Notes: generated by a model from the letters alone, not told the origin. Counted from the stretch's first letter, positions 34,939-44,667 are shown. The stretch is DNA of 64,000 bases from Bdellovibrionota bacterium (GCA_963668355.1 OY764265.1:2240001-2304000), one strand, 5' to 3'. Numbers and translations: made by a program.

Positions 34939-37050
34939 TTACAAATGGATTCGTCTTAATCGTAACGCATTTGAAATGACCGATACAGAGCTAAGACTCA
35001 TGGCGATGCTGGCCAGCATGGGATGGAGCAAAATTCCAAACCACGGATACAAGACTCCTGCAGCGATGGGAATGCCAATTCCATTATAGATAAAGGCGAA
35101 GAAGAGGTTTTGCCGGATATTTTTCAATGTAAGGTGGCTAAGCTTTTGAGCTTTGGCGATGGCAGCCAAATCTCCCCGAATGAGTGTGATGGGAGCGGTT
35201 TCCATTGCGATATCCGTCCCTTGGCCCATGGCAATGCCCACATCGGCTTGAGCCAGCGCCGGAGCATCGTTCGTTCCATCCCCGGCCATGGCTACGATAT
35301 GTCCTTTGGCTTGGAGATCCTTCACCAGTTTATATTTGTCTTCCGGCCGACATTCAAAATGAATTTCCGTGATGCCCAATTGTTTTCCAACCTCTTCGGC
35401 GGTTTCTTTTCGATCGCCTGTGGCCATAAAGATTTCCACTCCTTGTTCTCGCAGCGATTGAATGGCGTGTGAAGAGGTTTCCTTGATGACATCCGCGAAC
35501 ATGAACGCCGATTTAAACTCAGAGTTTATCGCTCCAAGAACCATGTTTTTGCCTCCCTGTGCCCATGCTTTGAGTTCGGAAGGTGTGGGGAGTTTTGAAA
35601 CCTGGTGTTTCTTTAAAAGATCCAAACTTCCCAAGAGAAGCGACTGGTCTTGTATGACTCCTCGAATCCCTTGCCCCGGTTTGGATGAGAAATCAGAAAC
35701 CGAAAGAAACGAAGCGTTTTCTTTCTTTCGTGCAGCTTGTGCCAAAGCTTTTGCCAAGGGATGTTCACTTTGGCTCGCCAAAGAGGAAAAATGGTGGAAT
35801 GTCGATGAGGATTCGTCTCCATGAATGGAGACAAGTTCAGGTCGGCCCTCGGTCAATGTTCCGGTCTTGTCAGTGATAAGAACGTCAACCTTTTGAAAGC
35901 GTTCCAATGCCGCAGCGTCACGTGTGAGAATTCCTTCCAAAGCTCCTTTTCCCATGGCCACAGTGATTGAAACCGGAGTCGCAAGGCCCAGGGCGCAAGG
36001 ACATGCGATGATGAGCACCGACACGAAACTTAAAACGGCATAAGGAAGACTGGGTTGCGGCCCAAGCCACAGCCAGAGAACTCCCGCCAGCACGCCGATA
36101 CTCACGACGGACGGAACAAAAATGGAAGCCACGCGATCCGCCAAACGTGAAATGGGAGCTTTTGAATTCTGGGCTTCTTGGACATGTGCAATGATTCGGG
36201 AAATGAGCGTATCTTTTCCGACATGGTCAGCCCTCATGACGAAGCTTCCATCTGTTAGGAGCGTGCCTCCCAGAAGGCGCTCGTTGGGGCCTCTCTCCAT
36301 GAGCATGGTTTCTCCACTGAGCATGGACTCGTCCAGAGATCCGGCTCCCTCCAAAAGGGTCCCATCTGTGGGAATCTTTTCTCCGGGTCTTACGCGAAGA
36401 TGATCTCCCACCTGAACTTCTCCGAGCGAAACCCGATCTTCCGTCCCATCGTTTCGAATGATCGTCGCCATGGGAGGCGTTAGTTCCATGAGCTTCTCAA
36501 TGGATTGAGAGGTTTTCTGTTTGGATTTCATTTCCAGAACTTGTCCGAGGAGAACCAAAGTCGTGATGACGGCTGCGGCCTCGAAATAGACTGGAAGGGA
36601 ACCATTTTCGAGACGATAGTCAGTTGGAAAAAACTCGGGGAAAAATAGGGCTGCGAGACTGAATAAATAAGCTGCGCCGGTACCGATGCTGATGAGTGTA
36701 AACATGTCCCAATTTCGGGTTTGAAAGGACTTGAATCCCTTTTGAAAAAAGGGAAACCCAGCCCATAGTACGACCGGGGTGCTGAGAACGAGTTGCCAAA
36801 AAGGGGCTTGGTGCATCATTCCCAAGATAAACGTGGGAATTGTTAAAGGAAGGCTCAACCAAAACCGGCGTAACATGTTTCTCTGTTCAATCTCCGAGGT
36901 CGAGAGCGAATGGCAGCAGGACGCCTCACTCTCTTTCGACTTGGAGGCGCAACACGAAGACGGAGTCGGGGAGGGCATTTCTGAGCAGCAAGAAGAAGTG
37001 TTTTTCTTGGGCTCAGGCGACTTACTGTGGTTTTTGCAGCAGGAACTCAT
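34939..37050 (-). CDS. copA: Copper-translocating P1B-type ATPase
   Basis: ACPCALGL, DKTGT, SEHP, GDGTNDAP, YN and MSLSS; CC-rich N-terminus. Confidence 0.9.
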   Translation of the reverse strand: MSSCCKNHSKSPEPKKNTSSCCSEMPSPTPSSCCASKSKESEASCCHSLSTSEIEQRNMLRRFWLSLPLTIPTFILGMMHQAPFWQLVLSTPVVLWAGFPFFQKGFKSFQTRNWDMFTLISIGTGAAYLFSLAALFFPEFFPTDYRLENGSLPVYFEAAAVITTLVLLGQVLEMKSKQKTSQSIEKLMELTPPMATIIRNDGTEDRVSLGEVQVGDHLRVRPGEKIPTDGTLLEGAGSLDESMLSGETMLMERGPNERLLGGTLLTDGSFVMRADHVGKDTLISRIIAHVQEAQNSKAPISRLADRVASIFVPSVVSIGVLAGVLWLWLGPQPSLPYAVLSFVSVLIIACPCALGLATPVSITVAMGKGALEGILTRDAAALERFQKVDVLITDKTGTLTEGRPELVSIHGDESSSTFHHFSSLASQSEHPLAKALAQAARKKENASFLSVSDFSSKPGQGIRGVIQDQSLLLGSLDLLKKHQVSKLPTPSELKAWAQGGKNMVLGAINSEFKSAFMFADVIKETSSHAIQSLREQGVEIFMATGDRKETAEEVGKQLGITEIHFECRPEDKYKLVKDLQAKGHIVAMAGDGTNDAPALAQADVGIAMGQGTDIAMETAPITLIRGDLAAIAKAQKLSHLTLKNIRQNLFFAFIYNGIGIPIAAGVLYPWFGILLHPMLASIAMSLSSVSVISNALRLRRIHL

Positions 37051-37520
37051 CGTTTTTGTCTTCCTTTTGTGGCTCGGTCTATTTCTATATTCGATTCCCG
37101 CTGCTTGATGGTTTCACGTTTGTCGAAGCGTTTCTTTCCTTTGGCCAATCCAATTTCCAGTTTGGCCCGACCGTTCTTGAAGTACACTCTCAAGGGAACC
37201 ATGGTTAAACCTTTTTGCTGTGTTTCCATGGACCAACGACGAATCTCTTTTTTGTGTAGAAGAAGTTTTCGGGTTCGATCGGGATTTAAACTTTGAGACG
37301 CGTATTCATAGGGTTTGATGTGAACCCCTTTGAGGAACATTTCGCCACGATCCTCTAAAACATAACCTTCTTTTAAATTCACTTGCCCTTCACGAACCGA
37401 TTTGACTTCACTTCCTTTGAGTTCTAATCCAGCCTCAATTTTGTCGAGGATAAAGAAATCTCTACGTGCTTGACGGTTGTCGGCTACCACCAACACTCCT
37501 TCTTTTTTCACCGTGGACAT
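37047..37520 (-). CDS. smpB: SsrA-binding protein
   Basis: EAGLELKGSEVKSVR, RKLLLHKKEI, GKKRFDKRE. Confidence 0.96.
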   Translation of the reverse strand: MSTVKKEGVLVVADNRQARRDFFILDKIEAGLELKGSEVKSVREGQVNLKEGYVLEDRGEMFLKGVHIKPYEYASQSLNPDRTRKLLLHKKEIRRWSMETQQKGLTMVPLRVYFKNGRAKLEIGLAKGKKRFDKRETIKQRESNIEIDRATKGRQKR

Positions 37521-38191
37521 TAGGCGGCCGTGGTTCCCTTCTTGGATGCCACCAGACCTCCAGACATGACCAATTTGAAGGCTTCTTCAATCGTCATACT
37601 CAAAGGGACGGTTTCTTCCTTGGGGACCAAGAGATAAAAGCCGCTGGTGGGGTTTGGAGTTGTCGGGACAAAAACGTTCAGAACGGTGCTGGGAGTTTTC
37701 TCCTGAATTTCTCCTTCATTTTCTCCGACGACAAATGCGAGCGTGTAGATTCCCTTTCGAGGGTACTCAATCATGATGACGCGGCTGAATTGATTTTTGT
37801 CTCGATGAGCAAATGTTTCGACAACTTGTTTCGCAACATTATAGACAATGCGGGCCATGGGGATGCGAGCCAGAAGTCGATCACTCAATCCGAGGACGGT
37901 TCGACCCAAAAAGCCCCGACTAAAAACTCCCGTAAGAAGAACGATGATTACCGTGAAAATAAGGCCCAGACCTGGGATGTGAATCCCCAACAGAAAGTCG
38001 GGATGGAATTTCATGGGAATGAAATAAAGGAAATAACCATTCTTAATGGCCAAAACCCGATCCAAATACGTAACAAAAAAGACGAGCAGTCCAATCGTGA
38101 CGTAGATGGGGATCAAGGCGAACAACCCAAACAGGAAGTACCTTTTAAATGTGCTTCCCAATAGGCTAAAAAGTTTTTTCAAGGGTTTCAT
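37520..38191 (-). CDS. DUF502 family membrane protein
   Basis: IEYPRKG, VFVPTTPNPTSGF, EEAFKLVMSGG. Confidence 0.9.
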   Translation of the reverse strand: MKPLKKLFSLLGSTFKRYFLFGLFALIPIYVTIGLLVFFVTYLDRVLAIKNGYFLYFIPMKFHPDFLLGIHIPGLGLIFTVIIVLLTGVFSRGFLGRTVLGLSDRLLARIPMARIVYNVAKQVVETFAHRDKNQFSRVIMIEYPRKGIYTLAFVVGENEGEIQEKTPSTVLNVFVPTTPNPTSGFYLLVPKEETVPLSMTIEEAFKLVMSGGLVASKKGTTAA

Positions 38192-38232
38192 GTGACCTTT
38201 CTATCGTGTTCGGCCATAATATCCGCGTTTCT

Positions 38233-39261
38233 ATGGCAGGCAAGACCGTGACATATTCCCAGGCTGGCGTAAGTATCACACGAGGAGATCGATTTATAGA
38301 CGCGATCCGTCCTCATACGCGCATGACGAAGCGCCCCGAGGTCTTGGGCGGGGTGGGTGGATTCGCTTCTTTGGCTCGAATCCCCTCGGGGTATAAATCT
38401 CCGATCTTGGTAACCGCAACGGACGGTGTGGGGACGAAACTTCTTTTGGCCAAAGAATTAAAGAAGCATGACACCATCGGCGTCGATCTCGTGGCCATGT
38501 CTGTCAATGACATGGTGACGTTAGGAGCTGAACCTTTCTTGTTTCTGGACTACTTTGCGACCGGAAAGCTTTCCATCCGAGAGGGCTCCGAAGTTGTCAA
38601 AGGAGTGGCCAAAGGCTGCAAAGAAGCGGGTTGTGCGTTGGTTGGAGGTGAAACAGCCGAGATGCCGGGCCTCTACAAACCTGGTGAATACGATTTGGCT
38701 GGATTTGGTGTGGGCATTGTTGAAAAAACAAAAATTGTGGATGGTTCAAAAGCGAAAGCCGGAGATGTCGTGATCGGACTTCCATCCAGTGGCATTCATT
38801 CTAATGGTTATTCTTTGGTCCGAGCCATTTTGAAGAAAAAGCGCATACCTCTCAAGAGTCGACCGGCTCTATTAAAGGGAAAATGTTTAGGCGATGTGTT
38901 GCTTCAGCCCACCAAAATTTACGTCAAAGACATTTTGAAGCTTCAGAAATATGTAACGATTAAAGGAATGGCTCACATTACTGGAGGTGGCATTGTAGGA
39001 AACCTTCCCCGCGTGTTGCCCAAAGGTTTGAGTGCCCAGCTCAACCCAAAATCCTGGCGCGTTCCTCCGGTTTTTAAATTCCTTCAAGAACGCGGAAATG
39101 TTCCGGAAGAAGACATGTTTCGCACGTTCAATATGGGAATTGGCTATATATTGATCGTCAGTCCAAAGGATCAAAACAAAACGATGCGACTTCTTCCCAC
39201 AGCCAAACTTCTAGGCAAGCTCATCAAGAAACCCGGCCCCTCCAAAGTCATCTGGCTATAG
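38233..39261 (+). CDS. purM: Phosphoribosylformylglycinamidine cyclo-ligase
   Basis: TYSQAGV, TDGVGTK, GGETAEMPG, GIHSNGYSL, HITGGG, TFNMGIG. Confidence 0.96.
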   Translation: MAGKTVTYSQAGVSITRGDRFIDAIRPHTRMTKRPEVLGGVGGFASLARIPSGYKSPILVTATDGVGTKLLLAKELKKHDTIGVDLVAMSVNDMVTLGAEPFLFLDYFATGKLSIREGSEVVKGVAKGCKEAGCALVGGETAEMPGLYKPGEYDLAGFGVGIVEKTKIVDGSKAKAGDVVIGLPSSGIHSNGYSLVRAILKKKRIPLKSRPALLKGKCLGDVLLQPTKIYVKDILKLQKYVTIKGMAHITGGGIVGNLPRVLPKGLSAQLNPKSWRVPPVFKFLQERGNVPEEDMFRTFNMGIGYILIVSPKDQNKTMRLLPTAKLLGKLIKKPGPSKVIWL

Positions 39262-39334
39262 CGATCTAAAACGATCAAACGTGAAACGTTCACTTTTGAT
39301 AATGCAACTAAATATTCTCATGGGTTGAGGTTCA

Positions 39335-39360
39335 CTAGGTTAAAAAACGACCAGCTCCTT
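39335..39360. repeat. Direct repeat, left copy
   Basis: CTAGGTT-AA-AAAACGACCAGCTCCTT; 17-bp exact core shared with 39841-39857. Confidence 0.75.
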
Positions 39361-39383
39361 AATGGTGTCTCCTTGCCCCGCTT

Positions 39384-39678
39384 CTAGGGCAGGCGGGAGG
39401 CTTTTTTGGACAGGAGTTCCAAGTCGATAAGATCTTTGGGGCGGCCGGTGGCTTTCTTGTTCTTGACCAAGTCTTCTTTTCCGATCACGGGGACCTTGAG
39501 TTGTTTAAAGTCAAATGTCGTGTGATTCGACCAGGCTTCCTGAAAAGTTACCTCCGAAATGAACGTCACAATTGGCCCGAGGCTCCGCATGGACCGAAAC
39601 GGCAAAGGCCCCAACCACCAGGAAACGGGCTTTAGCCTCGTATAACGTTTGCAATATGTCTAGAAAGTCTTGGTTCAA
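39384..39678 (-). pseudogene. Nucleotidyltransferase-fold (DUF6036-like) gene with internal deletion/frameshift
   Basis: N-terminal part MNQDFLDILQTLYEAKARFLVVGAFAVSVHAEPRA (TTG 39678) and C-terminal part ...VPVIGKEDLVKNKKATGRPKDLIDLELL are in different frames; junction near 39573. Confidence 0.7.
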
Positions 39679-39829
39679 CGGCTTTTCCTGTTGGTATTTC
39701 CCAAAGTTGCTTAGATAGTTGCCAAGTCTGCGTAAATCGCTCCGCCGGCGTAAGTGAACTCCAAAAAGCTACATCAAATGAGTCGTCAGGGTCTTTTCCT
39801 CGAAAAACCCTCGCAGGGTGCTTAAAAAT
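39632..39829 (-). pseudogene. Small partner ORF of the nucleotidyltransferase, lacking a standard start codon
   Basis: IFKHPARVFRGKDPDDSFDVAFWSSLTPAERFTQTWQLSKQLW...EPRLSRHIANVIRG; preceded by an in-frame TAG inside the repeat. Confidence 0.55.
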
Positions 39830-39857
39830 CTAGGTTCCGGAAAACGACCAGCTCCTT
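39830..39857. repeat. Direct repeat, right copy
   Basis: CTAGGTT-CCGG-AAAACGACCAGCTCCTT. Confidence 0.75.
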
Positions 39858-39978
39858 CACCTCTAGGCCCTCTTCCTGGATGCCTTCTAGCTACTTTTCC
39901 CAATCTGGAGGCCTTATGGCTCGCACTTCCCCTCTTTAGCTCTCCTAACAGGCTATTTTCTGAGCAATGAGGGACTTA

Positions 39979-40584
39979 CTATTTTAGGATGATTCGCTCA
40001 GAACGAGAACTCAACAACCAATTTTTACATGAGAATAGGTCTGAAATCATATGGCGCAGGATTTGTTCATTGTTATTTTCGATGTTCCTATGAATGGCCT
40101 CTGGATTACGAAGGGAATCAACTCCCTCTAAAAGATCAGGTACAAAACTATATCTTCTTGATCGTTGAATTAACGTCAATCCATTCACGTCTTCATTTTG
40201 TGTGACTTCGTAAAACGAAAAGGTAACCTCTTGACCTAGAAAAAGTTGTGGTAGAGGTTTCGTCAATCTAATTCCTTTGGCAAAAGGTAGAGCAACCCTA
40301 CCAATGGGTCCAAGGTCGATGTCCAGAAGGAATTGAGCGCCCTCAGTAGCTGCCTCATTGGCTGTCAGAAATCGTTCGCTTTTCGCGTCGATTTCATACC
40401 CAAGGCGTTCTAAGAGAAATGTCAAGTAGGGAGCTTCCTCGAGGTCTTCAGAAGAAACAAGAACTAGACAGGAAAAAGGTTCGTAAGGTTCGGAAACCGA
40501 ATCTCCAGCTAGGGCCAGGTCGGATGAAAAGAAAAATAAACCAATTATAACTGTGAAAATAGCGTTAAGGATTATGGATTTCAT
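39979..40584 (-). CDS. Hypothetical exported protein
   Basis: ATG 40584 gives a signal peptide ending ALA; GGGAG RBS. Confidence 0.65.
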   Translation of the reverse strand: MKSIILNAIFTVIIGLFFFSSDLALAGDSVSEPYEPFSCLVLVSSEDLEEAPYLTFLLERLGYEIDAKSERFLTANEAATEGAQFLLDIDLGPIGRVALPFAKGIRLTKPLPQLFLGQEVTFSFYEVTQNEDVNGLTLIQRSRRYSFVPDLLEGVDSLRNPEAIHRNIENNNEQILRHMISDLFSCKNWLLSSRSERIILK

Positions 40585-40637
40585 TGTTTTTCTCCCTTGC
40601 TTTCGATCTCCCAATGTCTTTCGGGTACCTATTTTAT

Positions 40638-40653
40638 TACAAAAAACATGCCT
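40638..40653 (-). promoter_or_regulatory. Sigma-54-like promoter
   Basis: AGGCATGTTTTTTGTA (GG-N10-GT, imperfect -12); IHF-like TTTCAAACAGTTA nearby. Confidence 0.35.
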
Positions 40654-40949
40654 ACGATCATTGTAGCAATTTCAAACAGTTAGGATCTTCAAATGGGAAA
40701 GAAGGAAGGGATTTCTGAGACAGAAATTCCTCATCGCACCAAAAAAGTATGCCGGTGGAGGATTTGAGAAAACTGCGGAAAATAAACGGCTATCTTTTCG
40801 CAGTTTTACGTAATTTCCTTAGCCGAAGTCCGCTTCCGAAGAATCCTCAAAAAATGCACCTAATTAATGAGAAGGAGTCGATCCCCACATGGACGAACTT
40901 TGTTGTTTGTCGTGAATCGATTGTTAGACCGACCGCACGATCACTCGCA

Positions 40950-41037
40950 AAACTCACGGGTGGCATTCAAAAAGACACTGGCGAGCACTGTCGGGGCGCA
41001 GTCCAGTGTCTTTTTGAATGACAGGACCCGCAAGTTT
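40950..41037 (-). ncRNA. Candidate structured RNA 'R1', copy 2 (core 40958-41029)
   Basis: GGGTCCTGTC-[17]-ACTGCGCCCCGACAGTGCTCG-[17]-GCCACCC; perfect 18-bp stem; basal AAACTTGC/GTGAGTTT with two G-U pairs. Confidence 0.6.
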
Positions 41038-41049
41038 GAAAGAAAGAAG

Positions 41050-41286
41050 TTAGCGGTTCAATTGAGGATCTCGGCCACGATACGTGATGAGGCCGTGCGT
41101 GGGATCGTAGGGCGAGACGCCTACGGTTACATGATCTCCCAAAATCACGCGAATATGGCGACGACGCAATTTTCCGGCAAGCTTTGCCGTTAATTTGAGG
41201 CCTTTGTCCCCTTCAACAATGAAGTTCCCGCCCGCGAGAACCTCTGTCACTCTGCCTTCGATCAATACTAAGTCGTCTTTTGCCAT
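41050..41286 (-). CDS. infA: Translation initiation factor IF-1
   Basis: MAKDDLVLIEGRVTEVL...GKLRRRHIRVILGDHVTVGVSPYD; start ATG 41286. Confidence 0.9.
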   Translation of the reverse strand: MAKDDLVLIEGRVTEVLAGGNFIVEGDKGLKLTAKLAGKLRRRHIRVILGDHVTVGVSPYDPTHGLITYRGRDPQLNR

Positions 41287-41408
41287 AAACTGGAGGGTCT
41301 TGTAGCACAAAGCGTTGATATAACGAAGAAAAGTTTTCCGGGGGAATTTGCTATCTGGGTACATGTCACCGATTTCTCCGAAATCGGTACACGTCCCCAC
41401 GCAAATTC

Positions 41409-42854
41409 TTAACCGGCATCCTTTTTGGCGGCTTCCAATGCATCTCCGAAGAGGGAGTGAGCCACATTGATGTTGTGGTCTTCGGGGCGAACCAAGTTCA
41501 CGACGGAGAGGGCGCTGCCCGTTCCTTGGGTGTTGGCCAGGTTGATAACAGGCCCAGCCAAATGCCGTTGACCTTGGGCATCCAGAACCACTTTCACGGT
41601 CGGAAATTCCATATGCTCTGGATTGGTTGGAACCTGCAAAACGATCGCCATGGATCCATCATTCAGTTGAACCAGGGCACCGACTGGATAGATTCCCACT
41701 GTGTGCACGAAGGCTTTGACCAATAGAGGGTCAAACTTGGTTCCGGCATTGTCCATCAAGATTTTTAAAGCGACGGTGGGAAGCATTCCACGTTGATAAA
41801 CGCGATTGGTCGTCATGGCATCGTACGCATCGGAAATGGCCACAACGCGAGAATAGAAATTCAATTCTTTTTTGATTCCCGTTTGGGGGTACCCGGAGCA
41901 ATCGTAATTTCGATGATGCTCAAATGCGGCGATCATTTTTTTGATGTCAATTTCTTCAAAGCCCCCCTTCATTCCGATCATTTCTTTGATCGCCATGAGG
42001 GGGTGTTCTTTCATGATGGCCCATTCGTCATCATTGAAACGACCCGGTTTGTTGAGAATTTTCGTGGGAATGCGGGTCTTTCCAAAGTCGTGATAGAGAC
42101 CCGCCAAACCAAGTTCTCCAATTTGCCTCTTGGAAAGGCCTAGGTTTTTTCCAAAGGCAATGGAAATGACACAGACATTTACGGAATGGTTGAACGTATA
42201 TTCGTCGTAGTTTTTGATGTTGGATAGGCCCAGAAACGAGAAGCCTTCTTCCATGCAAATGTCGACCAAGTTGTACACGACGCGTTTGGCTTTTCGCGTG
42301 TCAGACGACTGTGCCGTGATGGCCTTGGTCGTTGTTCCTTTCATGATGTCGATGGCTTTGATGTAGTTTTTCATGGCCCGTTGTTTTGCATTCACAACGG
42401 AAGATTTAATGTCTTCTTTGGCGACTGTTTTTTTTGCCTGTCGCATGAGAAGTTCAATCGATTGAAATCCTTTGGCTTGCAACAAACCATTTAATGTTTC
42501 GGCACCGACCGCAGAATCTTTCGACAACGTTTGAACGAAAAACGCAAGCTCTTCAAGGCTGGGCACTTCCTGAATTCGAATGCCGCCGATGTCTTTTTGA
42601 GCAAAGAGGTTGTCGATGAATCGAAAGGTTCCGAATGTTGAGATGTCGCTCCGAATTTTCGTTTCGTTGAGAAAAATTCCCATGTCGATGGACTCGAGTG
42701 TGAGAACACCTTCTTCAGCAATCATGGTTTCAAGTAAGCCATGAAATTGTTCGACCGGATGTTGAAACGCACGGTTTCCAGGGTCATGAATTTGGGCGGT
42801 TTTCAGGAGCATGAAGAGTTGGTTGATGAGATATTTTCGTTGGTCAATTCCCAT
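41409..42854 (-). CDS. HD-GYP domain cyclic-di-GMP phosphodiesterase
   Basis: HSVNV, HDFGK, HHRNYDCSGYP, DAYDAMT. Confidence 0.9.
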   Translation of the reverse strand: MGIDQRKYLINQLFMLLKTAQIHDPGNRAFQHPVEQFHGLLETMIAEEGVLTLESIDMGIFLNETKIRSDISTFGTFRFIDNLFAQKDIGGIRIQEVPSLEELAFFVQTLSKDSAVGAETLNGLLQAKGFQSIELLMRQAKKTVAKEDIKSSVVNAKQRAMKNYIKAIDIMKGTTTKAITAQSSDTRKAKRVVYNLVDICMEEGFSFLGLSNIKNYDEYTFNHSVNVCVISIAFGKNLGLSKRQIGELGLAGLYHDFGKTRIPTKILNKPGRFNDDEWAIMKEHPLMAIKEMIGMKGGFEEIDIKKMIAAFEHHRNYDCSGYPQTGIKKELNFYSRVVAISDAYDAMTTNRVYQRGMLPTVALKILMDNAGTKFDPLLVKAFVHTVGIYPVGALVQLNDGSMAIVLQVPTNPEHMEFPTVKVVLDAQGQRHLAGPVINLANTQGTGSALSVVNLVRPEDHNINVAHSLFGDALEAAKKDAG

Positions 42855-44608
42855 TACCGAGTCTCCTGTTTTTGCTGAGTGGTGGATAGCAAGCGCAAAG
42901 CATTCTCGCTTAGTTTCTTAATGACTTTGTTTTTGGACTGAGAGAGCTTTTGAAGGGTTTCTCTGGAACGCGGAGTTCCAATTGTAGCGAGTCCATAGGT
43001 GGCCAATTGATATTGGGTTTCATCTTCCGTTTTCGAAAACCAACGTTTTGCCGAAAGGATGCTTTCCAGGAAGGGGATAAAGTCATCCCCGGCCACCTTT
43101 GCGACCGCATAAAAATACGCACGACGTTCTTGCGTAGATTTTTTTCCAAAATTTTCAGAGTTGATGACGGACATGAGGTGACGAGCCACTTCTTTGTCTT
43201 TGGCTAAGGCTAAGGTCCTTAAGGCTGCCATTCGAGAGGATTCGGATCGATCATCCAAGAGCTTTAAAAGAATGGAGAAGGTTTTGGAGGAGGGGTGGTT
43301 TTGCAGGACCGAAATGGCATCTCGTTGAACGTTTGGATCTGGATGTTTGATCAGGCCAGGTAGAAGGTCGACGATTTTGTCACTTTTGATTCGTGAAAGA
43401 ATGAAAATCCCCAGACGGACCATGGCCGGATCCCGAGAACTCAAGATGGGGCGGAAAGGCTCAAAGTCACCGGCTTTGCACAAAGAAGCCATTCCATGAC
43501 CGATTTCTTTTCGGCGATGGTCGGAGACCACCGTTGGAAGTAAAGAAATTAAATCGGGCAGGGCAGCTGCGCCCATGGATCGAACTAAGAACACGACATC
43601 TTCTGGTGAGGCCGAAATTCCTTGGTTGATGGATTGAATGAAAAGATCGATGCGCACTTTGGGCCAAAGGATTTTTAAGGTTTGGGCCACGGCTTGGGGA
43701 TTCTTTTCCTTCAGGGCGATGGAACGCGAGGGAAGTTGATGAATGTGTTCCATAATGATGCGTGCGAGATGCAAGTTCCCTTGCAGGATGTTCGTGTCGA
43801 GGACACTTCCAACAGCTTCCAGAGCTTTGATGTAATCGGCGACTTCCGTTTCTTCCTGCAATACGGCCATAAGCATGTCGACAAAGTCTAGGATGAGCCG
43901 CTCGGGTCGGTCGGATTGAGAAATGTCTGTTTGAATCTGTTCCAGCTCGTCGGAGGTCAGCACCGATCGCTCTTGAAACATCTTTCCGACACTTCCCATA
44001 TTGAGCGTGACTTTGACATCGTTGTACGCCAAATCGTCGTAGACATCCTCTTGGGCCACATCCCCAGTCGACTCATATTGGGTCATGTTGGGGTCGAGAA
44101 GTTCCTCCATCTTCTCATCGGTGGATTTGTGATCAATCGTGGGTTCTTCAATGATCGAGTCCGCCACCGAATAAGTGATGTGTTCAAACTCTCTTTCCCA
44201 AAAAAGCGTTACCGAATCGGAATCCGATTCCTTTCCCGACATTTGGGAGTTTAGAGCATCGACAAAATCCGCGATTTCCTCAGTGGTAATGCCAGATTTA
44301 AAACTGATGGAGCGAATTCCGTCATTGAAGAGCTTAAAAGAGAAACTCTCCTGTTCATGGGTGTTTTGGTACACCACTTCCTGGTCGACTTTGAATTCAT
44401 AGGGCTCAACCACAAATGAGAGATCCTCTTTTTGAGAGAGATAGTGGTTGAACTCATTCATCAAGTCTTGTTGATGTTTGATTAATACCGGATTGTTAGC
44501 CGCGTAGAGTCTTCGGGAACGAACCGTTCGATCCAAAGCCAGAATGATTTTTCCAATTCGTTCGAGTTCTTCCGGTGCGAGGGTCGTTTCTTGAGTTTCA
44601 TCAGCCAT
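42854..44608 (-). CDS. HEAT-repeat protein
   Basis: C-terminal HEAT-like repeats (HPDPNVQRDAI, DDRSESSRMAAL); TAATG overlap with the HD-GYP gene. Confidence 0.75.
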   Translation of the reverse strand: MADETQETTLAPEELERIGKIILALDRTVRSRRLYAANNPVLIKHQQDLMNEFNHYLSQKEDLSFVVEPYEFKVDQEVVYQNTHEQESFSFKLFNDGIRSISFKSGITTEEIADFVDALNSQMSGKESDSDSVTLFWEREFEHITYSVADSIIEEPTIDHKSTDEKMEELLDPNMTQYESTGDVAQEDVYDDLAYNDVKVTLNMGSVGKMFQERSVLTSDELEQIQTDISQSDRPERLILDFVDMLMAVLQEETEVADYIKALEAVGSVLDTNILQGNLHLARIIMEHIHQLPSRSIALKEKNPQAVAQTLKILWPKVRIDLFIQSINQGISASPEDVVFLVRSMGAAALPDLISLLPTVVSDHRRKEIGHGMASLCKAGDFEPFRPILSSRDPAMVRLGIFILSRIKSDKIVDLLPGLIKHPDPNVQRDAISVLQNHPSSKTFSILLKLLDDRSESSRMAALRTLALAKDKEVARHLMSVINSENFGKKSTQERRAYFYAVAKVAGDDFIPFLESILSAKRWFSKTEDETQYQLATYGLATIGTPRSRETLQKLSQSKNKVIKKLSENALRLLSTTQQKQETR

Positions 44609-44667
44609 AGAGTATTAACTTAAAATTCTAGCAGCTTTCGGAGATCAAGCCTACAGGGCGTGGGTGA

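Noticed and set aside
37466..38164. 232-aa plus-strand ORF and other long antisense ORFs (e.g. 53901-54722, 58867-59574, 59877-60563)
   Set aside because: Shadows of well-supported genes on the opposite strand, with no recognisable motifs.
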